Origin: a delta proteobacterium MLS_D
GTDB lineage: Bacteria; Desulfobacterota; Syntrophia; Syntrophales; UBA2210
Direction: 5' to 3'
DNA length: 64,000 nt
Assembly (NCBI GenBank): GCA_002030015.1
Contig: LQBH01000002.1
Coordinates: 20,396 to 84,395, forward strand
In this document: positions 1 to 10,170 of the stretch, piece by piece
Layout of the letters: each line of letters starts with the position of its first letter
Position numbering within the stretch: position 1 is the first letter of the stretch
Notes under the pieces: generated by a model
Seen by the model: the letters and a program-made list of their open reading frames with translations, nothing else
What the model was told of the DNA's origin: nothing
The model's database searches: none
Translations under genes and position numbers: made by a program

Positions 1-34
1 ATCCGCCGCCGGAGAAACGCTCCTTTATACGGTA

Positions 35-337
35 TTACGTTGTTTCAGTATCCGTCTTGGTTTTCTCCAGTTCTTCCTTGTAGCGTTCCGCTTCCGCTTT
101 GGCCTTTTCCAGCTCCTGTTTGGCCTTTTCCAGTTCGTCGTTCCCGGCTGATGCTTCCTTCTTCTCTCTCATCTGGTCGCGAATCTCATCGTAACCGACA
201 TAGATCGCCAGGGCGCCGCCGATGAGGAGGGCTACGGGTATCCCTCCCGCCAGTAATGTTACAAACTGCGACCACCAGATTACAATTCCGAGAAGTCCCA
301 CTACCGCCGCGATGATACCGCCGATCATAACCTGCAT
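35..337 (-). CDS. hypothetical small membrane protein with K/E-rich coiled-coil tail
   Basis: 100-aa ORF. Two hydrophobic segments (GGIIAAVVGLLGIVIWW, GGIPVALLIGGALAIYV) are followed by ELEKAKQELEKAKAEAERYKEELEK. AAGGAGG lies ~10 nt upstream of the ATG on the - strand. Confidence 0.55.
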   Translation of the reverse strand: MQVMIGGIIAAVVGLLGIVIWWSQFVTLLAGGIPVALLIGGALAIYVGYDEIRDQMREKKEASAGNDELEKAKQELEKAKAEAERYKEELEKTKTDTETT

Positions 338-589
338 TATTATTAAACCTCCTTCTTACGCGATTCTGCGCTGATAAAACCGATAACTGCAAAAGGACGA
401 TTTATTTAACGCCCTGAAAGCTATCAGGTAACACAAAAAAAATTGACGAGCAAGATCAAAATGAAAAAAAGACTTGCCAAAAAGTCATGATTCCTTTAGT
501 TTACACATTCTTAACAAAGACCCTTTAAATACGGTGAATTACCGGAAAAATATCGTGCGGTCCCGGACCGTCGCTTGAGGAGAATGTTG

Positions 590-970
590 ATGATAGAACC
601 AGATTTTGACAAGGCCGGGGGATTGGTCCCGGCTGTTGTCCAGGATGCCGAGACGAACAAGATACTTATGCTTGCCTATATGAACCGTGAGGCCTGGAAC
701 AGAACGCTGGAAACGGGGAAAGCGACTTACTGGAGCAGGTCCCGGAGCAAGCTTTGGGTTAAGGGCGAAACATCGGGGAATCTCCAGCACGTGAAGGAGG
801 TACGAATAGATTGCGATGCCGACGCGGTCCTGTTGAAGGTCGACCAGAAGGGAGCAGCCTGCCATCTGGGATATTATTCCTGTTTTTTCCGGCGGATTTC
901 AGGGGAAGACGTGGAAGTAGTTGAAGAACGTCTTTTTGATCCGGAGGAAGTCTACAAAAATGAACAGTAA
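590..970 (+). CDS. hisI: phosphoribosyl-AMP cyclohydrolase
   Basis: GLVPAVVQD...YWSRSR..LW.KGETSGN...D.DADA.L.KV.Q.G.ACH.G..SCF motifs. GAGGAGA RBS lies 5 nt before the ATG at 590; the ORF track starts at TTG 575. Confidence 0.9.
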   Translation: MIEPDFDKAGGLVPAVVQDAETNKILMLAYMNREAWNRTLETGKATYWSRSRSKLWVKGETSGNLQHVKEVRIDCDADAVLLKVDQKGAACHLGYYSCFFRRISGEDVEVVEERLFDPEEVYKNEQ

Positions 971-1838
971 TCTTCTCAAACTGGGTATTCCCAAGGGAAG
1001 CCTCGAGGCCAACACGGTCGAACTGTTCAAACGGGCGGGATGGAAAATTTCCTATAATGAGCGAAGCTATTTTCCGTCGATCGACGACGACGAGATTGCC
1101 TGTTACCTGATCCGTGCCCAGGAAATGGCCCGTTACGTGAATGACGGAACCATTGATCTGGGACTCACCGGCCGCGACTGGATCGTCGAGAACGAAGCCG
1201 ACGTCGCTGTTGTACAGGATCTAGTGTATTCCAAGGTATCCAGGCGGCAGGCCCGGTGGGTGCTCGCCGTGAGGGAAGACAGTTCCATAGGTTCACTGGA
1301 AGACTTGCAGGGTAAGCGCATTTCAACGGAACTGGTCAACTTCACCAAACGGTATTTCAGGGAGCGGGGCATAGACGTGCATGTCGAATTTTCCTGGGGC
1401 GCCACCGAGGCGAAAGTGGTCGAAGGTCTTGTGGACGCCGTCGTCGAAGTGACCGAGACGGGAAGCACGTTGCGGGCAAACAAGCTCAAGATCATTCACG
1501 AACTGATGAAAACCAATACGCAGCTTATAGCGAACAAGATCGCCTGGAATGATCCGTGGAAACGGAGAAAAATCGAGCAGATCAGTCTTCTTTTGCGGGG
1601 ATCTTTTCTGGCGATGAGCAAGGTGGGCCTGAAAATGAATGTTCCGAAAGAAAATCTGGGACGGGCCGTGCTCCTCCTGCCTTCGATAACGGCGCCCACC
1701 GTATCCCAGTTGAACAAAGACGAATGGTTCGCCGTTGAAACAATAGTCGACAAGGATATTGTGCGGGATTTGATCCCGCTGCTCCGGGAAGCCGGGGCGG
1801 AAGGCATTATAGAATATCCGCTCAACAAGGTCCTCTGA
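960..1838 (+). CDS. hisG: ATP phosphoribosyltransferase (long form)
   Basis: [10 protein letters not shown]...LTGRDW...[12 protein letters not shown] motifs. The ATG at 960 overlaps the hisI stop (ATGAACAGTAA); the ORF track starts at 921. Confidence 0.9.
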   Translation: MNSNLLKLGIPKGSLEANTVELFKRAGWKISYNERSYFPSIDDDEIACYLIRAQEMARYVNDGTIDLGLTGRDWIVENEADVAVVQDLVYSKVSRRQARWVLAVREDSSIGSLEDLQGKRISTELVNFTKRYFRERGIDVHVEFSWGATEAKVVEGLVDAVVEVTETGSTLRANKLKIIHELMKTNTQLIANKIAWNDPWKRRKIEQISLLLRGSFLAMSKVGLKMNVPKENLGRAVLLLPSITAPTVSQLNKDEWFAVETIVDKDIVRDLIPLLREAGAEGIIEYPLNKVL

Positions 1839-1851
1839 GGAGACTGCCGCC

Positions 1852-2439
1852 ATGGCGAGAAGCGCGGAGATCACGAGAAAAACGACCGAGACGGATATCG
1901 CAGTTGCGGTCGACCTGGACGGAGAGGGAAAAGGCGCGATTGACACGTCCCTGCCCTTTTTCGATCACATGCTGACACTCCTGGCGCGTCACAGCCTTAT
2001 CGATTGCTCGGTGACGGGCAGGGGTGACACTGACGTTGATGATCACCACCTCGTAGAGGATATCGGGTTGTGTCTGGGAGGAGCTCTGAAAAAAAGCCTG
2101 GGTGACAAGAGCGGGATCGGAAGGTACGGAACGGCGTTCATCCCTATGGACGAAAGTCTGTGCAATGTATCCATCGATCTTTCCGGAAGGCCCTGTCTTG
2201 TTTATAATGTTCGTTTAGAGCATGAAAAGATCAAAAATTTCGAATTGCTGCATCTGGAGGAGTTTTTCAAGGCGCTTGCCGATGAGGCGGGAATGACCTT
2301 GCATATAAACACCATATATGGTAAAAATCCTCACCATATAGCTGAGGCGATGTTCAAGGCTTTCGCCCGCGCTTTGAGAGCGGCCGTGTCGATCGACAGC
2401 CGTGTTTCCGGAGTTCCTTCGAGCAAGGGGGTCCTCTGA
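1852..2439 (+). CDS. hisB: imidazoleglycerol-phosphate dehydratase
   Basis: RKTTETDI..., FFDHML, DDHHLVEDIG and GKNPHHIAEA motifs typical of IGPD. Confidence 0.93.
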   Translation: MARSAEITRKTTETDIAVAVDLDGEGKGAIDTSLPFFDHMLTLLARHSLIDCSVTGRGDTDVDDHHLVEDIGLCLGGALKKSLGDKSGIGRYGTAFIPMDESLCNVSIDLSGRPCLVYNVRLEHEKIKNFELLHLEEFFKALADEAGMTLHINTIYGKNPHHIAEAMFKAFARALRAAVSIDSRVSGVPSSKGVL

Positions 2440-2506
2440 CCGTACACCAGATGTTCCCATTGCGACCGCGTTTTTCCCTGTTGCAACGTTTCGGCGAGGC
2501 AAGGGT

Positions 2507-3223
2507 ATGATTCCCTGCAAAAGTCAATTCACAGGTAGTGTCAGGTCAGTGGCGCTGTGCGCGGTTCTGTTGGCCTGTCTGTTGCTGGTCCCGGCCGGTT
2601 GCGGCGGTTTCCGCGGTGGTGTGCCGTCCACAGTTCAGGAAGGATCCTGTGATTTCAAGAAAATTGCCGTTGTGCCCGTTAAACGTGTTCCGCCCGAGGA
2701 TCCCCGGCAGCAGTTCGCCCAGTGTCCCCTGACAGGCGCCTTTTACCGTAACTGCGGAGTTCCCGGGGAAACCGCGGAGCGCGATCTTGAAGAACTTTTC
2801 ATAGGAGAGCTTGCGTCAAAACGGCAATACGTGTTGATTCCACCGGAGCGTGTCGATGGAGTACACCGTCGCGTCAGGGCGGCGTCTTTCAAAAAGACAA
2901 CTCGCGAAGAATTGCGGACGGTAGGTGAAGAACTCGGAGCCGACGGTGTTATAGCAGGGTATGTGTTTTGTTATGCGGAACGTAAAGGGTACACCTATGC
3001 CGCGGAACAGCCGGCGTCGGTGGTGTTCGTGTTTCACCTTCTGCGAGTGAGTGACGGCGAAGTCGTATGGACCGGTATTTTCGACAAAACACAGGAGTCA
3101 CTCATGCACAATATTCTCGACCTGCGTGCCTTTTTCAGGGGAGGCGGGAAATGGATAACCGTCAAGAAACTGGCGGCGCAGGGCATTAAGGAAGTATTGC
3201 AAACCTTTCCGGAGCGTGAATAA
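2507..3223 (+). CDS. lipoprotein, LpoB/DUF799-like fold (hypothetical)
   Basis: Signal peptide with lipobox LLVPAG-C. Alternating strand/helix pattern IAVVPV...LGADGVIAGYV...VVFVFHLLRVSDGEVVWTG. The ORF track begins at 2402, overlapping hisB. Confidence 0.6.
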   Translation: MIPCKSQFTGSVRSVALCAVLLACLLLVPAGCGGFRGGVPSTVQEGSCDFKKIAVVPVKRVPPEDPRQQFAQCPLTGAFYRNCGVPGETAERDLEELFIGELASKRQYVLIPPERVDGVHRRVRAASFKKTTREELRTVGEELGADGVIAGYVFCYAERKGYTYAAEQPASVVFVFHLLRVSDGEVVWTGIFDKTQESLMHNILDLRAFFRGGGKWITVKKLAAQGIKEVLQTFPERE

Positions 3224-3275
3224 GAGCATCGATCAGTTTCGCTTACTCCATATTTCTCCGGCAATATGATTCTTG

Positions 3276-3309
3276 CGGCGGCGTAATCAGCAGGTAATGC
3301 CGCCGTTTT
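3276..3309 (+). terminator. weak terminator-like hairpin after the lipoprotein gene
   Basis: CGGCGGC (3276-3282) pairs with GCCGCCG (3299-3305), followed by TTTT. The 16-nt loop makes it weak. Confidence 0.3.
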
Positions 3310-3373
3310 GCTGGTGCACGAAGCGTGAGGCGTTCCGCCCGCGGGTCCGTGCCGAAAGGAACATACCATCACT

Positions 3374-4120
3374 GTGGTTATAATTCCGGCGATCGACATC
3401 AAGGACGGGAAGTGTGTCAGGCTTCTTCAGGGGGATTTCAACCGCGTTACCGTGTATGCCGATGATCCTGTCGAAATGGCGAAAACCTGGCGGCGCAGAG
3501 GCGCCGAACGACTGCATGTCGTGGACCTCGACGGCTCGAAGGAGGGAGGTCCCGTCAACGGAGAGGTCATTGAACGCATTGCCCGGGCCGTCGACGTCAC
3601 CGTCCAGGTGGGGGGCGGTATTCGATGCATGGAAACGGTGGAACGCTATCTGACCGCCGGTGTCGGCCGCGTGATTCTTGGAACGGCGGTTCTTAAAAAC
3701 CGGGATTTCGTCATCGAGGCGTGCCGGTGTTTCCCCGGCAGGATTATTCTCGGCATCGACGCGCGCGATGGCATGGTTGCCGTGGAGGGGTGGCTCGAAC
3801 AAACCGAACAAAGTCCCGCCGAGCTGGCCGTGATGTACGAAGGATATGGAATCGACGCCATCATCTATACGGATATCGGGCGGGACGGTATGCAGACGGG
3901 AGTTAACCTGGATTCTACGGCGCAGTTAGCCGGCGCGGCGAGCATTCCCGTCATCGCCTCCGGAGGAGTTTCAAATATCGATGACATCAAGAGGCTTCTC
4001 TCGATGGAAGATTCCGGAATCGTGGGAGTCATTGTCGGAAAAGCCCTCTACGACGGACGAATCGACCTGGAAGAAGCGATTGCCGTTGCCCGGGGAAGCG
4101 GCGGTCGTTCAGTGCAGTAA
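3374..4120 (+). CDS. hisA: ProFAR isomerase (1-(5-phosphoribosyl)-5-[(5-phosphoribosylamino)methylideneamino]imidazole-4-carboxamide isomerase)
   Basis: VIIPAIDIKDGKCVRLLQGDF..., VDLDG, YTDIGRDGM and ASGGVS motifs. GTG start. Confidence 0.92.
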   Translation: MVIIPAIDIKDGKCVRLLQGDFNRVTVYADDPVEMAKTWRRRGAERLHVVDLDGSKEGGPVNGEVIERIARAVDVTVQVGGGIRCMETVERYLTAGVGRVILGTAVLKNRDFVIEACRCFPGRIILGIDARDGMVAVEGWLEQTEQSPAELAVMYEGYGIDAIIYTDIGRDGMQTGVNLDSTAQLAGAASIPVIASGGVSNIDDIKRLLSMEDSGIVGVIVGKALYDGRIDLEEAIAVARGSGGRSVQ

Positions 4121-4155
4121 CTTCGAATATGAAGAGAAGAGAGGAACAGCGCGTC

Positions 4156-4500
4156 ATGGATGATTGTATTTTCTGCAAAATCGTTGAGGGGAAAATTCCC
4201 GCTTCCGTTGTTTATGAAGATGAAACGGTCCTTGCTTTTGAAGATATTCAACCTGCGGCGCCCGTACACGTGATACTGGTACCGAAACGGCACGTGGAAA
4301 GCATGATGGATATGGGGAACGGGCAGCGGGAACTCGCGGCGGACCTTCTGGAGGCGGCGGTGAAAGTCGCGCGGCTCAAAGGCGTCGATGAAACCGGATT
4401 CAGGCTCGTGAACAACTGCGGTCCCGACGGCGGGCAGCTTGTCGGCCACCTGCACATGCACATACTGGGAGGACGGAAGCTCACCGATGCCATGGGATGA
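4156..4500 (+). CDS. HIT (histidine triad) family protein
   Basis: CIFCKI..G.IP, HVILVPKRH and the HLHMHILGG histidine triad. AGAGGAA RBS precedes the ATG at 4156; an alternative ATG is at 4129. Confidence 0.88.
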   Translation: MDDCIFCKIVEGKIPASVVYEDETVLAFEDIQPAAPVHVILVPKRHVESMMDMGNGQRELAADLLEAAVKVARLKGVDETGFRLVNNCGPDGGQLVGHLHMHILGGRKLTDAMG

Positions 4501-4601
4501 ACCGATTGACAAATCCCGAGCCGGTACTACATTACATTAATACACACAACTCGAAACGACAGGGCGGGAAGCTGCCGCCCGCCGAGGAAAGGCGCGATGT
4601 T

Positions 4602-5048
4602 ATGACGATCGAGGAACAGATTGAAGTACGCATGAAAGAAGCGGCGAAAAAACGTGATTCCGTCACGCTGTCCACGCTGCGCATGGTGAGGGCGGCTCTT
4701 CACAACAAACAGATAGAATTGAAAAAGAAACTGGATGACAAGGATGTGCTGCAGGTTCTGTCTTCTCTGGTCAAGCAGCACAAGGATTCCATAAGCCAGT
4801 TCGAACAGGGCGGGCGGAGCGATCTCGTGGCCAAAGAAGAAGCGGAACTTGTCGTTATAAATGAATATATGCCCGACGAGATGTCGGAAGAGGAAATTAA
4901 GCGTGAAATTGATCGAGTGATCGAAGAAGTCGGTGCCGCCGGTCCCCGGGACATGGGGAAGGTTATGAAGGCGTTGATGCCGGTTATAACGGGAAAGGCG
5001 GACGGCAAGGTCGTCAGCGAAATGGTGAAGGCGGCGCTGACCTCGTGA
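4602..5048 (+). CDS. yqeY: GatB/YqeY domain protein
   Basis: MTIEEQI...MKEAAKKRD..TLSTLRMVRAAL..K.IE...L.D.DVL.VL..L.KQ..DSI..F.. is typical of YqeY. The ORF track starts at 4497. Confidence 0.85.
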   Translation: MTIEEQIEVRMKEAAKKRDSVTLSTLRMVRAALHNKQIELKKKLDDKDVLQVLSSLVKQHKDSISQFEQGGRSDLVAKEEAELVVINEYMPDEMSEEEIKREIDRVIEEVGAAGPRDMGKVMKALMPVITGKADGKVVSEMVKAALTS

Positions 5049-5081
5049 TGGTGCGGCGCTTGTCGTTGCAACACCGGACCG

Positions 5082-6938
5082 ATGGAAATGTTCCGCATTG
5101 TTCCTCCCGGCAATGCGGCGGGGTCATTCGCGGAAGGGACCGCGGGGAAGGCCGTTACGTTGAAAGGTCATATACCTCAGGATGTCATAGAGGAAATACG
5201 GAGCAGGTCAAATATCGTCGAGCTCGTGTCTGAGTACGTGACGTTAAAAAAGGCCGGAAAGAATTATGTCGGCCTGTGCCCGTTTCACCAGGAAAAGACA
5301 CCGTCGTTCACGGTCAATCCGGACAAACAGATATGTTATTGTTTCGGTTGCGGCGAGGGAGGAAACGAGATTTCTTTCCTCATGAAAATACAAAATATTT
5401 CTTTTCCCGAAGCGGTGAGAAAACTCGCCGCGAGGAGAGGAATCGTTATTCCCGAGGAGCGTCCCGCCGGCGGAGAGCGGCGGCGTGATGAGGAACGGGC
5501 CGGTCTGATCAAAGTGAACAGGCTGGCTCAGGGTTTTTTCGAGAAAAACATGATGTCCGGGAAGGGAAAACAGGCCCGCGAATACCTTGCCGGGCGGGGT
5601 ATGAGCGATTCGGTGGTGAAAACCTTCGCCCTGGGATATGCCCCGGAAGGATGGCGGAATCTCAGGGATCACCTGACGGCCCTGCGGGTTCCCGATGAAC
5701 TGCTTCGGAAATCGGGGCTTGTCGTGTTTAAAAACGAACGGCAGGTGTATGATCGTTTTCGCAACCGCATCATCTTCCCCATAGAAAACCTGTCGGGCGA
5801 GATCGTCGCGTTCGGCGGCCGGGAACTTGGCGGAGGAGAACCAAAATATCTCAATTCACCCGAAACGCCTCTCTACGTGAAGGGGGACAACCTATACGGG
5901 CTATTTCGTACGAAGGACGAAATCCGTTCTAAGGATATGGCGATCCTGGTGGAGGGATATTTTGATTTGCTGGCGCTTTGGAACGCCGGCGTTCAAAACG
6001 TGTTTGCCACCCTCGGAACGGCGCTCACGCGCCGGCAGGCTTCCCTGATCGGGCGTTTTACGAGAAACGTGGCTCTGCTTTTTGACGGTGATGCAGCAGG
6101 CCGCGCCGCGGTCGAACGAAGCCTCCCCCTCTTTCTTGAAGAGGGCATCGCGGCCCGCGTTGTGATATTGCCCGATGGTTCCGATCCCGATGATTACGTG
6201 AGGAAGTACGGTCGGGAATCTCTGGAAGGGTTGATTCACAAGGCGCCGACGATGGTGGACTACTACATAGACGGAATAATGAACAACGCGGATCGGTTCG
6301 AGGGTACAACGCGCCTGGCCCGGGAAACCATCGCCTTTATCAGGAATATACCCGACGTCATTCAGAGAAATCTCTTTATAAAACGGTGCGCCGAAAAACT
6401 GGGGCTGGACCAGGGCATGTTGAAAGAAGAAGTGAACAGAGAATCGCGGCGGGGCGGGCCTGCGGTTCCCGAACGCCGCCCCGGTTCGACGGTCGATCCC
6501 GTTGAGCTGTATCTTCTTTACCTGATGATCGAGTTTCCCCGTAAGATTCCTTTCGTCAGGGAAAGCGGCATATTGGAATGTTGCAATGAGCCGGCGCTCA
6601 GGACTCTCGGGGGCAGGATAGTCGAAATTTTTGAGAAGCGCGGAACGGTGACGATGGCTGAGATCATGAACGAACAGACGGAAGGAGGCGTGACGGACCG
6701 GTTGCTGGCGATGGCCGTGAACGACCCGCCTGAAGAAGCGATCGTCGATCGGATGTTCCATGATACGATGAAAAAAATAAAGACCCACTGGTATCGTGAG
6801 CGGCACCGGGCCCTGAAGCGGCGGTTGGTGGAGGCGCACGAGCGGCGAGACGCGCAGCAGTGCGACAACCTGCTCATGGAAAAAGCGCAGCTGCTTAACC
6901 AGGAACAAAAAGATCATATTCTGAGGGGGGAACAGTGA
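5082..6938 (+). CDS. dnaG: DNA primase
   Basis: Zinc finger CPFHQEKTPSFTVNPDKQICYCFGCGEGG, TOPRIM EGYFDLL and DGDAAG. The start may be TTG 5160, just before HIPQDVIEEI. Confidence 0.93.
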   Translation: MEMFRIVPPGNAAGSFAEGTAGKAVTLKGHIPQDVIEEIRSRSNIVELVSEYVTLKKAGKNYVGLCPFHQEKTPSFTVNPDKQICYCFGCGEGGNEISFLMKIQNISFPEAVRKLAARRGIVIPEERPAGGERRRDEERAGLIKVNRLAQGFFEKNMMSGKGKQAREYLAGRGMSDSVVKTFALGYAPEGWRNLRDHLTALRVPDELLRKSGLVVFKNERQVYDRFRNRIIFPIENLSGEIVAFGGRELGGGEPKYLNSPETPLYVKGDNLYGLFRTKDEIRSKDMAILVEGYFDLLALWNAGVQNVFATLGTALTRRQASLIGRFTRNVALLFDGDAAGRAAVERSLPLFLEEGIAARVVILPDGSDPDDYVRKYGRESLEGLIHKAPTMVDYYIDGIMNNADRFEGTTRLARETIAFIRNIPDVIQRNLFIKRCAEKLGLDQGMLKEEVNRESRRGGPAVPERRPGSTVDPVELYLLYLMIEFPRKIPFVRESGILECCNEPALRTLGGRIVEIFEKRGTVTMAEIMNEQTEGGVTDRLLAMAVNDPPEEAIVDRMFHDTMKKIKTHWYRERHRALKRRLVEAHERRDAQQCDNLLMEKAQLLNQEQKDHILRGEQ

Positions 6939-7001
6939 CAAGCGGGCCGGCCCGCCTGTTCAGAATGCGATAGGCCATATCGCCGACGAGGAGAATACTG
7001 C

Positions 7002-8759
7002 ATGAAGCGATTTATAAATTCAGATGAAGTAAAAAAGTTAATATCGCTCGGGGAGGAAAAGGGATTTCTCACCTATGACGACGTGAACGACTTGTTGCCC
7101 TCCGACGTGACGTCACCTGAACAGATAGACGACGTTATAGTCTTTTTCGGAGAGAGGAACATCGATATCATCGATGCGGCGAAAGAAGAAAAGAGCCGCG
7201 ACAAGAAATTCATCGACGAATCAGAGGATTCGAAAGACCCGGGAAAGGAAACGTCGCTTCTGACGTCGCCGCTCGGCAAGACGGGTGATCCCGTGAAGCT
7301 GTATCTCAGGGAAATGGGACTTGTGTCACTGTTGAGCCGGGATGAGGAAGTGGAAATAGCCAAGCAAATCGAGGAGGGCGAGCGTAAGGTAATGGAAACA
7401 CTGTGCCGGCTGCCTTTCTTCGTCAGGGAAGTGGTGCGGCTTGGTCAGCGCCTGGAAAACGGCGAGATCAGAATCAAGAGCGTCATCGACAACATCGATG
7501 ACGAAACGGGTTTCATGGACGAGGAGGTTCAGACGGAAAGGGTCCAGGGGCTTATCGGCCGCATCGAGGCATACCACGATCGTAACCGTGCCCTTGAGGA
7601 AAAATTCAAGGATCAGGGCCTGAGCGATAAGCGTCGGACCGCGCTGAAAAAGGAATTCGAGAAAAACCTTCAGGCGATCACGGAAATCTGCGATGAGATC
7701 CACTTAAGCAAGAGGCGGATTAACACGGCGTTGTCGAAGTTAAAAAAAGATGTGGAACGTATAAGAGTTCTGGAGGAACAACTTCAGGCCTGCCGGGGAC
7801 AGGCCGGTATGCCGCTCAAGGAGATGGACAAGGTATTTGCCCGGTTGAGAAAATTTCCCGACAAGGAAAAGGCTATCGCCCGCGAGGTGAAAATTCCACT
7901 CGCCCGCTTGAAGGAATACGAAAAGATTATAGGAAACGCGCGCCGGGAAAGAAAACTCATTGCGGAAAAGGTCGGTGTGCCGTCGGAAACGTTGAAACGG
8001 GTTCATAACGACATATCCGGAGGCGAAAAAGAAGCGAACGAGGCGAAACGGAAGTTGATCCAGGCCAATCTCAGGCTGGTGGTCAGTATCGCGAAAAAAT
8101 ACACCAATCGAGGGCTCCAGTTTCTCGATCTGATTCAGGAAGGAAACATCGGCCTCATGAAAGCGGTGGAGAAATTCGAGTACCAGCGGGGATACAAATT
8201 TTCCACCTACGCCACGTGGTGGATCAGGCAGGCCATTACGCGGGCGATCGCCGACCAGGCCCGCACCATCAGGATTCCTGTTCACATGATAGAAACCATC
8301 AACAAGTTGATCAGGACGTCGCGGTATCTTGTCCAGGAACTCGGCAGGGAACCGACTCCCGAGGAGATAGCCGAAAAGATGGAATTTCCTCTTGAGAAGG
8401 TTCGAAAGGTATTAAAAATCGCCAAGGAACCCATCTCGCTGGAAACTCCCATTGGAGAAGAGGAGGACAGCTCGCTCGGTGATTTTATCGAGGACAAGAA
8501 AATCATGTCACCCTCGGATGCGACCATGAGCATGGACCTGGCGAAACAGACGCGCAACATCCTGTCCACGTTGACGCCGCGCGAGGAAAAGGTGCTGAGA
8601 ATGAGGTTCGGCATCAGTGAAAAATCGGAACATCAACTTGAAGATGAATTCACCGACGCTCCGGAAATGATGGAACGGGCCAGGAAAATCGAGTTGAACG
8701 TGCTGAAGAAAATGAGAGGCGCTTCACGAAGAAGAGAGATAAAGGGAAACGCGAAATGA
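7002..8759 (+). CDS. rpoD: RNA polymerase primary sigma factor (group 1, sigma-70) with atypical region 4.2
   Basis: Canonical regions 2-4.1: [73 protein letters not shown] and [15 protein letters not shown]. The C-terminal 49 aa are divergent (see findings). Confidence 0.9.
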   Translation: MKRFINSDEVKKLISLGEEKGFLTYDDVNDLLPSDVTSPEQIDDVIVFFGERNIDIIDAAKEEKSRDKKFIDESEDSKDPGKETSLLTSPLGKTGDPVKLYLREMGLVSLLSRDEEVEIAKQIEEGERKVMETLCRLPFFVREVVRLGQRLENGEIRIKSVIDNIDDETGFMDEEVQTERVQGLIGRIEAYHDRNRALEEKFKDQGLSDKRRTALKKEFEKNLQAITEICDEIHLSKRRINTALSKLKKDVERIRVLEEQLQACRGQAGMPLKEMDKVFARLRKFPDKEKAIAREVKIPLARLKEYEKIIGNARRERKLIAEKVGVPSETLKRVHNDISGGEKEANEAKRKLIQANLRLVVSIAKKYTNRGLQFLDLIQEGNIGLMKAVEKFEYQRGYKFSTYATWWIRQAITRAIADQARTIRIPVHMIETINKLIRTSRYLVQELGREPTPEEIAEKMEFPLEKVRKVLKIAKEPISLETPIGEEEDSSLGDFIEDKKIMSPSDATMSMDLAKQTRNILSTLTPREEKVLRMRFGISEKSEHQLEDEFTDAPEMMERARKIELNVLKKMRGASRRREIKGNAK

Positions 8760-8820
8760 CCGGGAGCCGCCGGAATCGCCTTTGCCGGATCTTCACGGAG
8801 CGCCGGGCCGGCGGGATGGA

Positions 8821-10170
8821 ATGCAGATATTACGTGTATCGGAACTGACGGCTAACATCAAGGCCCTCGTAGAGACCGGCTTCGGAATCATCTGGGTGGA
8901 GGGTGAAGTGTCGAATCTCAGGTGTCCCGCGTCGGGGCATCTCTATTTCACACTGAAAGACGAATCGAGCCAGATCAGGGCGGTCATGTTTCGGCAGAAC
9001 GCCGCTGCGGCGGGGTTCCGGATTGAGGACGGTCATGTCCTCGTGTGTCGTGGCCACCTGACTGTCTATACCCCCCGGGGAGACTGCCAGCTTATCGTCG
9101 AAGCGGTTGAGCCGCGCGGCATCGGGGCACTCCAGATTGCCTTTGAACAGCTCAAGAGCCGCCTCGCGGCGGAAGGGCTGTTCGATGAAGACCACAAAAG
9201 GCCGCTTCCTCTCATGCCGTCCAAAGTCGGCGTTATAACATCTTCGACGGGAGCCGCCGTCAGGGATATTTTGACCGTTATGAAGAGGAGATTTCCTGCG
9301 TGCAGCGTACTGGTCGCACCGGTCAGGGTCCAGGGGAACGAAGCGGCTGCCGAAATTTGCGAGGCGCTGTCGCTGCTGAATACAAGGGACGATATCGATG
9401 TCATCATTATCGCCCGTGGCGGAGGATCGCTGGAAGATCTTCAGCCGTTCAACGACGAGTCGCTGGCTCGTGCCGTGCATGGGTCGAAAATTCCTGTAGT
9501 ATCGGCGGTGGGTCACGAGATTGATTTCACGATAACGGATTTTGTTGCCGATCTCAGAGCGCCGACTCCGTCAGCGGCCGCCGAGCTGGTCGTACCCGAC
9601 AGGCGCGAGTTGGCCGATTTCGTGAAAACAACCCTGTCGAGAATCGCTTTCCTTCATCGTTCCTGTTGCCGCGAATTACACAGGCGCGTGGCGACGTCCC
9701 GGGAACGCCTGGGTGATCCGAGAGGCAAGATCAACGACCTCCGGATATACCTTGATGACCGTACGTACCGCCTGTCGACCGGAGTCCGGCGGGTGATAGA
9801 CAACGGCAGGGTAAAGACCGTTTCCTCGGCAGGTTCCTGCAGGCGGCTGAGTCCACTCAATGCCGTGAGAGAATACCGCAAGACGGTGGACTACCTCAGG
9901 AGCAAGGTAATTCTGCACGGGGGATATCTGCGGGGCCGGGTGCGTGCGAGAGTAGAGCGCGCCACGGCCGTGCTCGAGACTATGAGTTCCGCTTCGGTCC
10001 TGGCGCGTGGTTACAGTATCACCAGGCGCCTGCCAGATGAAGCGCTTATCACCGGCGCAGAAGAACTTGAGGCAGGAAACGACGTATCGGTCGAGCTCGG
10101 GCGCGGCGCCTTTCACGCGAAAGTAATTCAGATCATTCAGGGGGTGTCTCATGGCGGACGTAAAATTTGA
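8821..10170 (+). CDS. xseA: exodeoxyribonuclease VII large subunit
   Basis: SELT..IK.L.E..F..IWVEGEVSN......SGH.YF.LKD OB-fold N-terminus, plus IIARGGGS.EDL..FN. It lies immediately upstream of and overlaps xseB. The ORF track starts at 8782. Confidence 0.9.
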   Translation: MQILRVSELTANIKALVETGFGIIWVEGEVSNLRCPASGHLYFTLKDESSQIRAVMFRQNAAAAGFRIEDGHVLVCRGHLTVYTPRGDCQLIVEAVEPRGIGALQIAFEQLKSRLAAEGLFDEDHKRPLPLMPSKVGVITSSTGAAVRDILTVMKRRFPACSVLVAPVRVQGNEAAAEICEALSLLNTRDDIDVIIIARGGGSLEDLQPFNDESLARAVHGSKIPVVSAVGHEIDFTITDFVADLRAPTPSAAAELVVPDRRELADFVKTTLSRIAFLHRSCCRELHRRVATSRERLGDPRGKINDLRIYLDDRTYRLSTGVRRVIDNGRVKTVSSAGSCRRLSPLNAVREYRKTVDYLRSKVILHGGYLRGRVRARVERATAVLETMSSASVLARGYSITRRLPDEALITGAEELEAGNDVSVELGRGAFHAKVIQIIQGVSHGGRKI

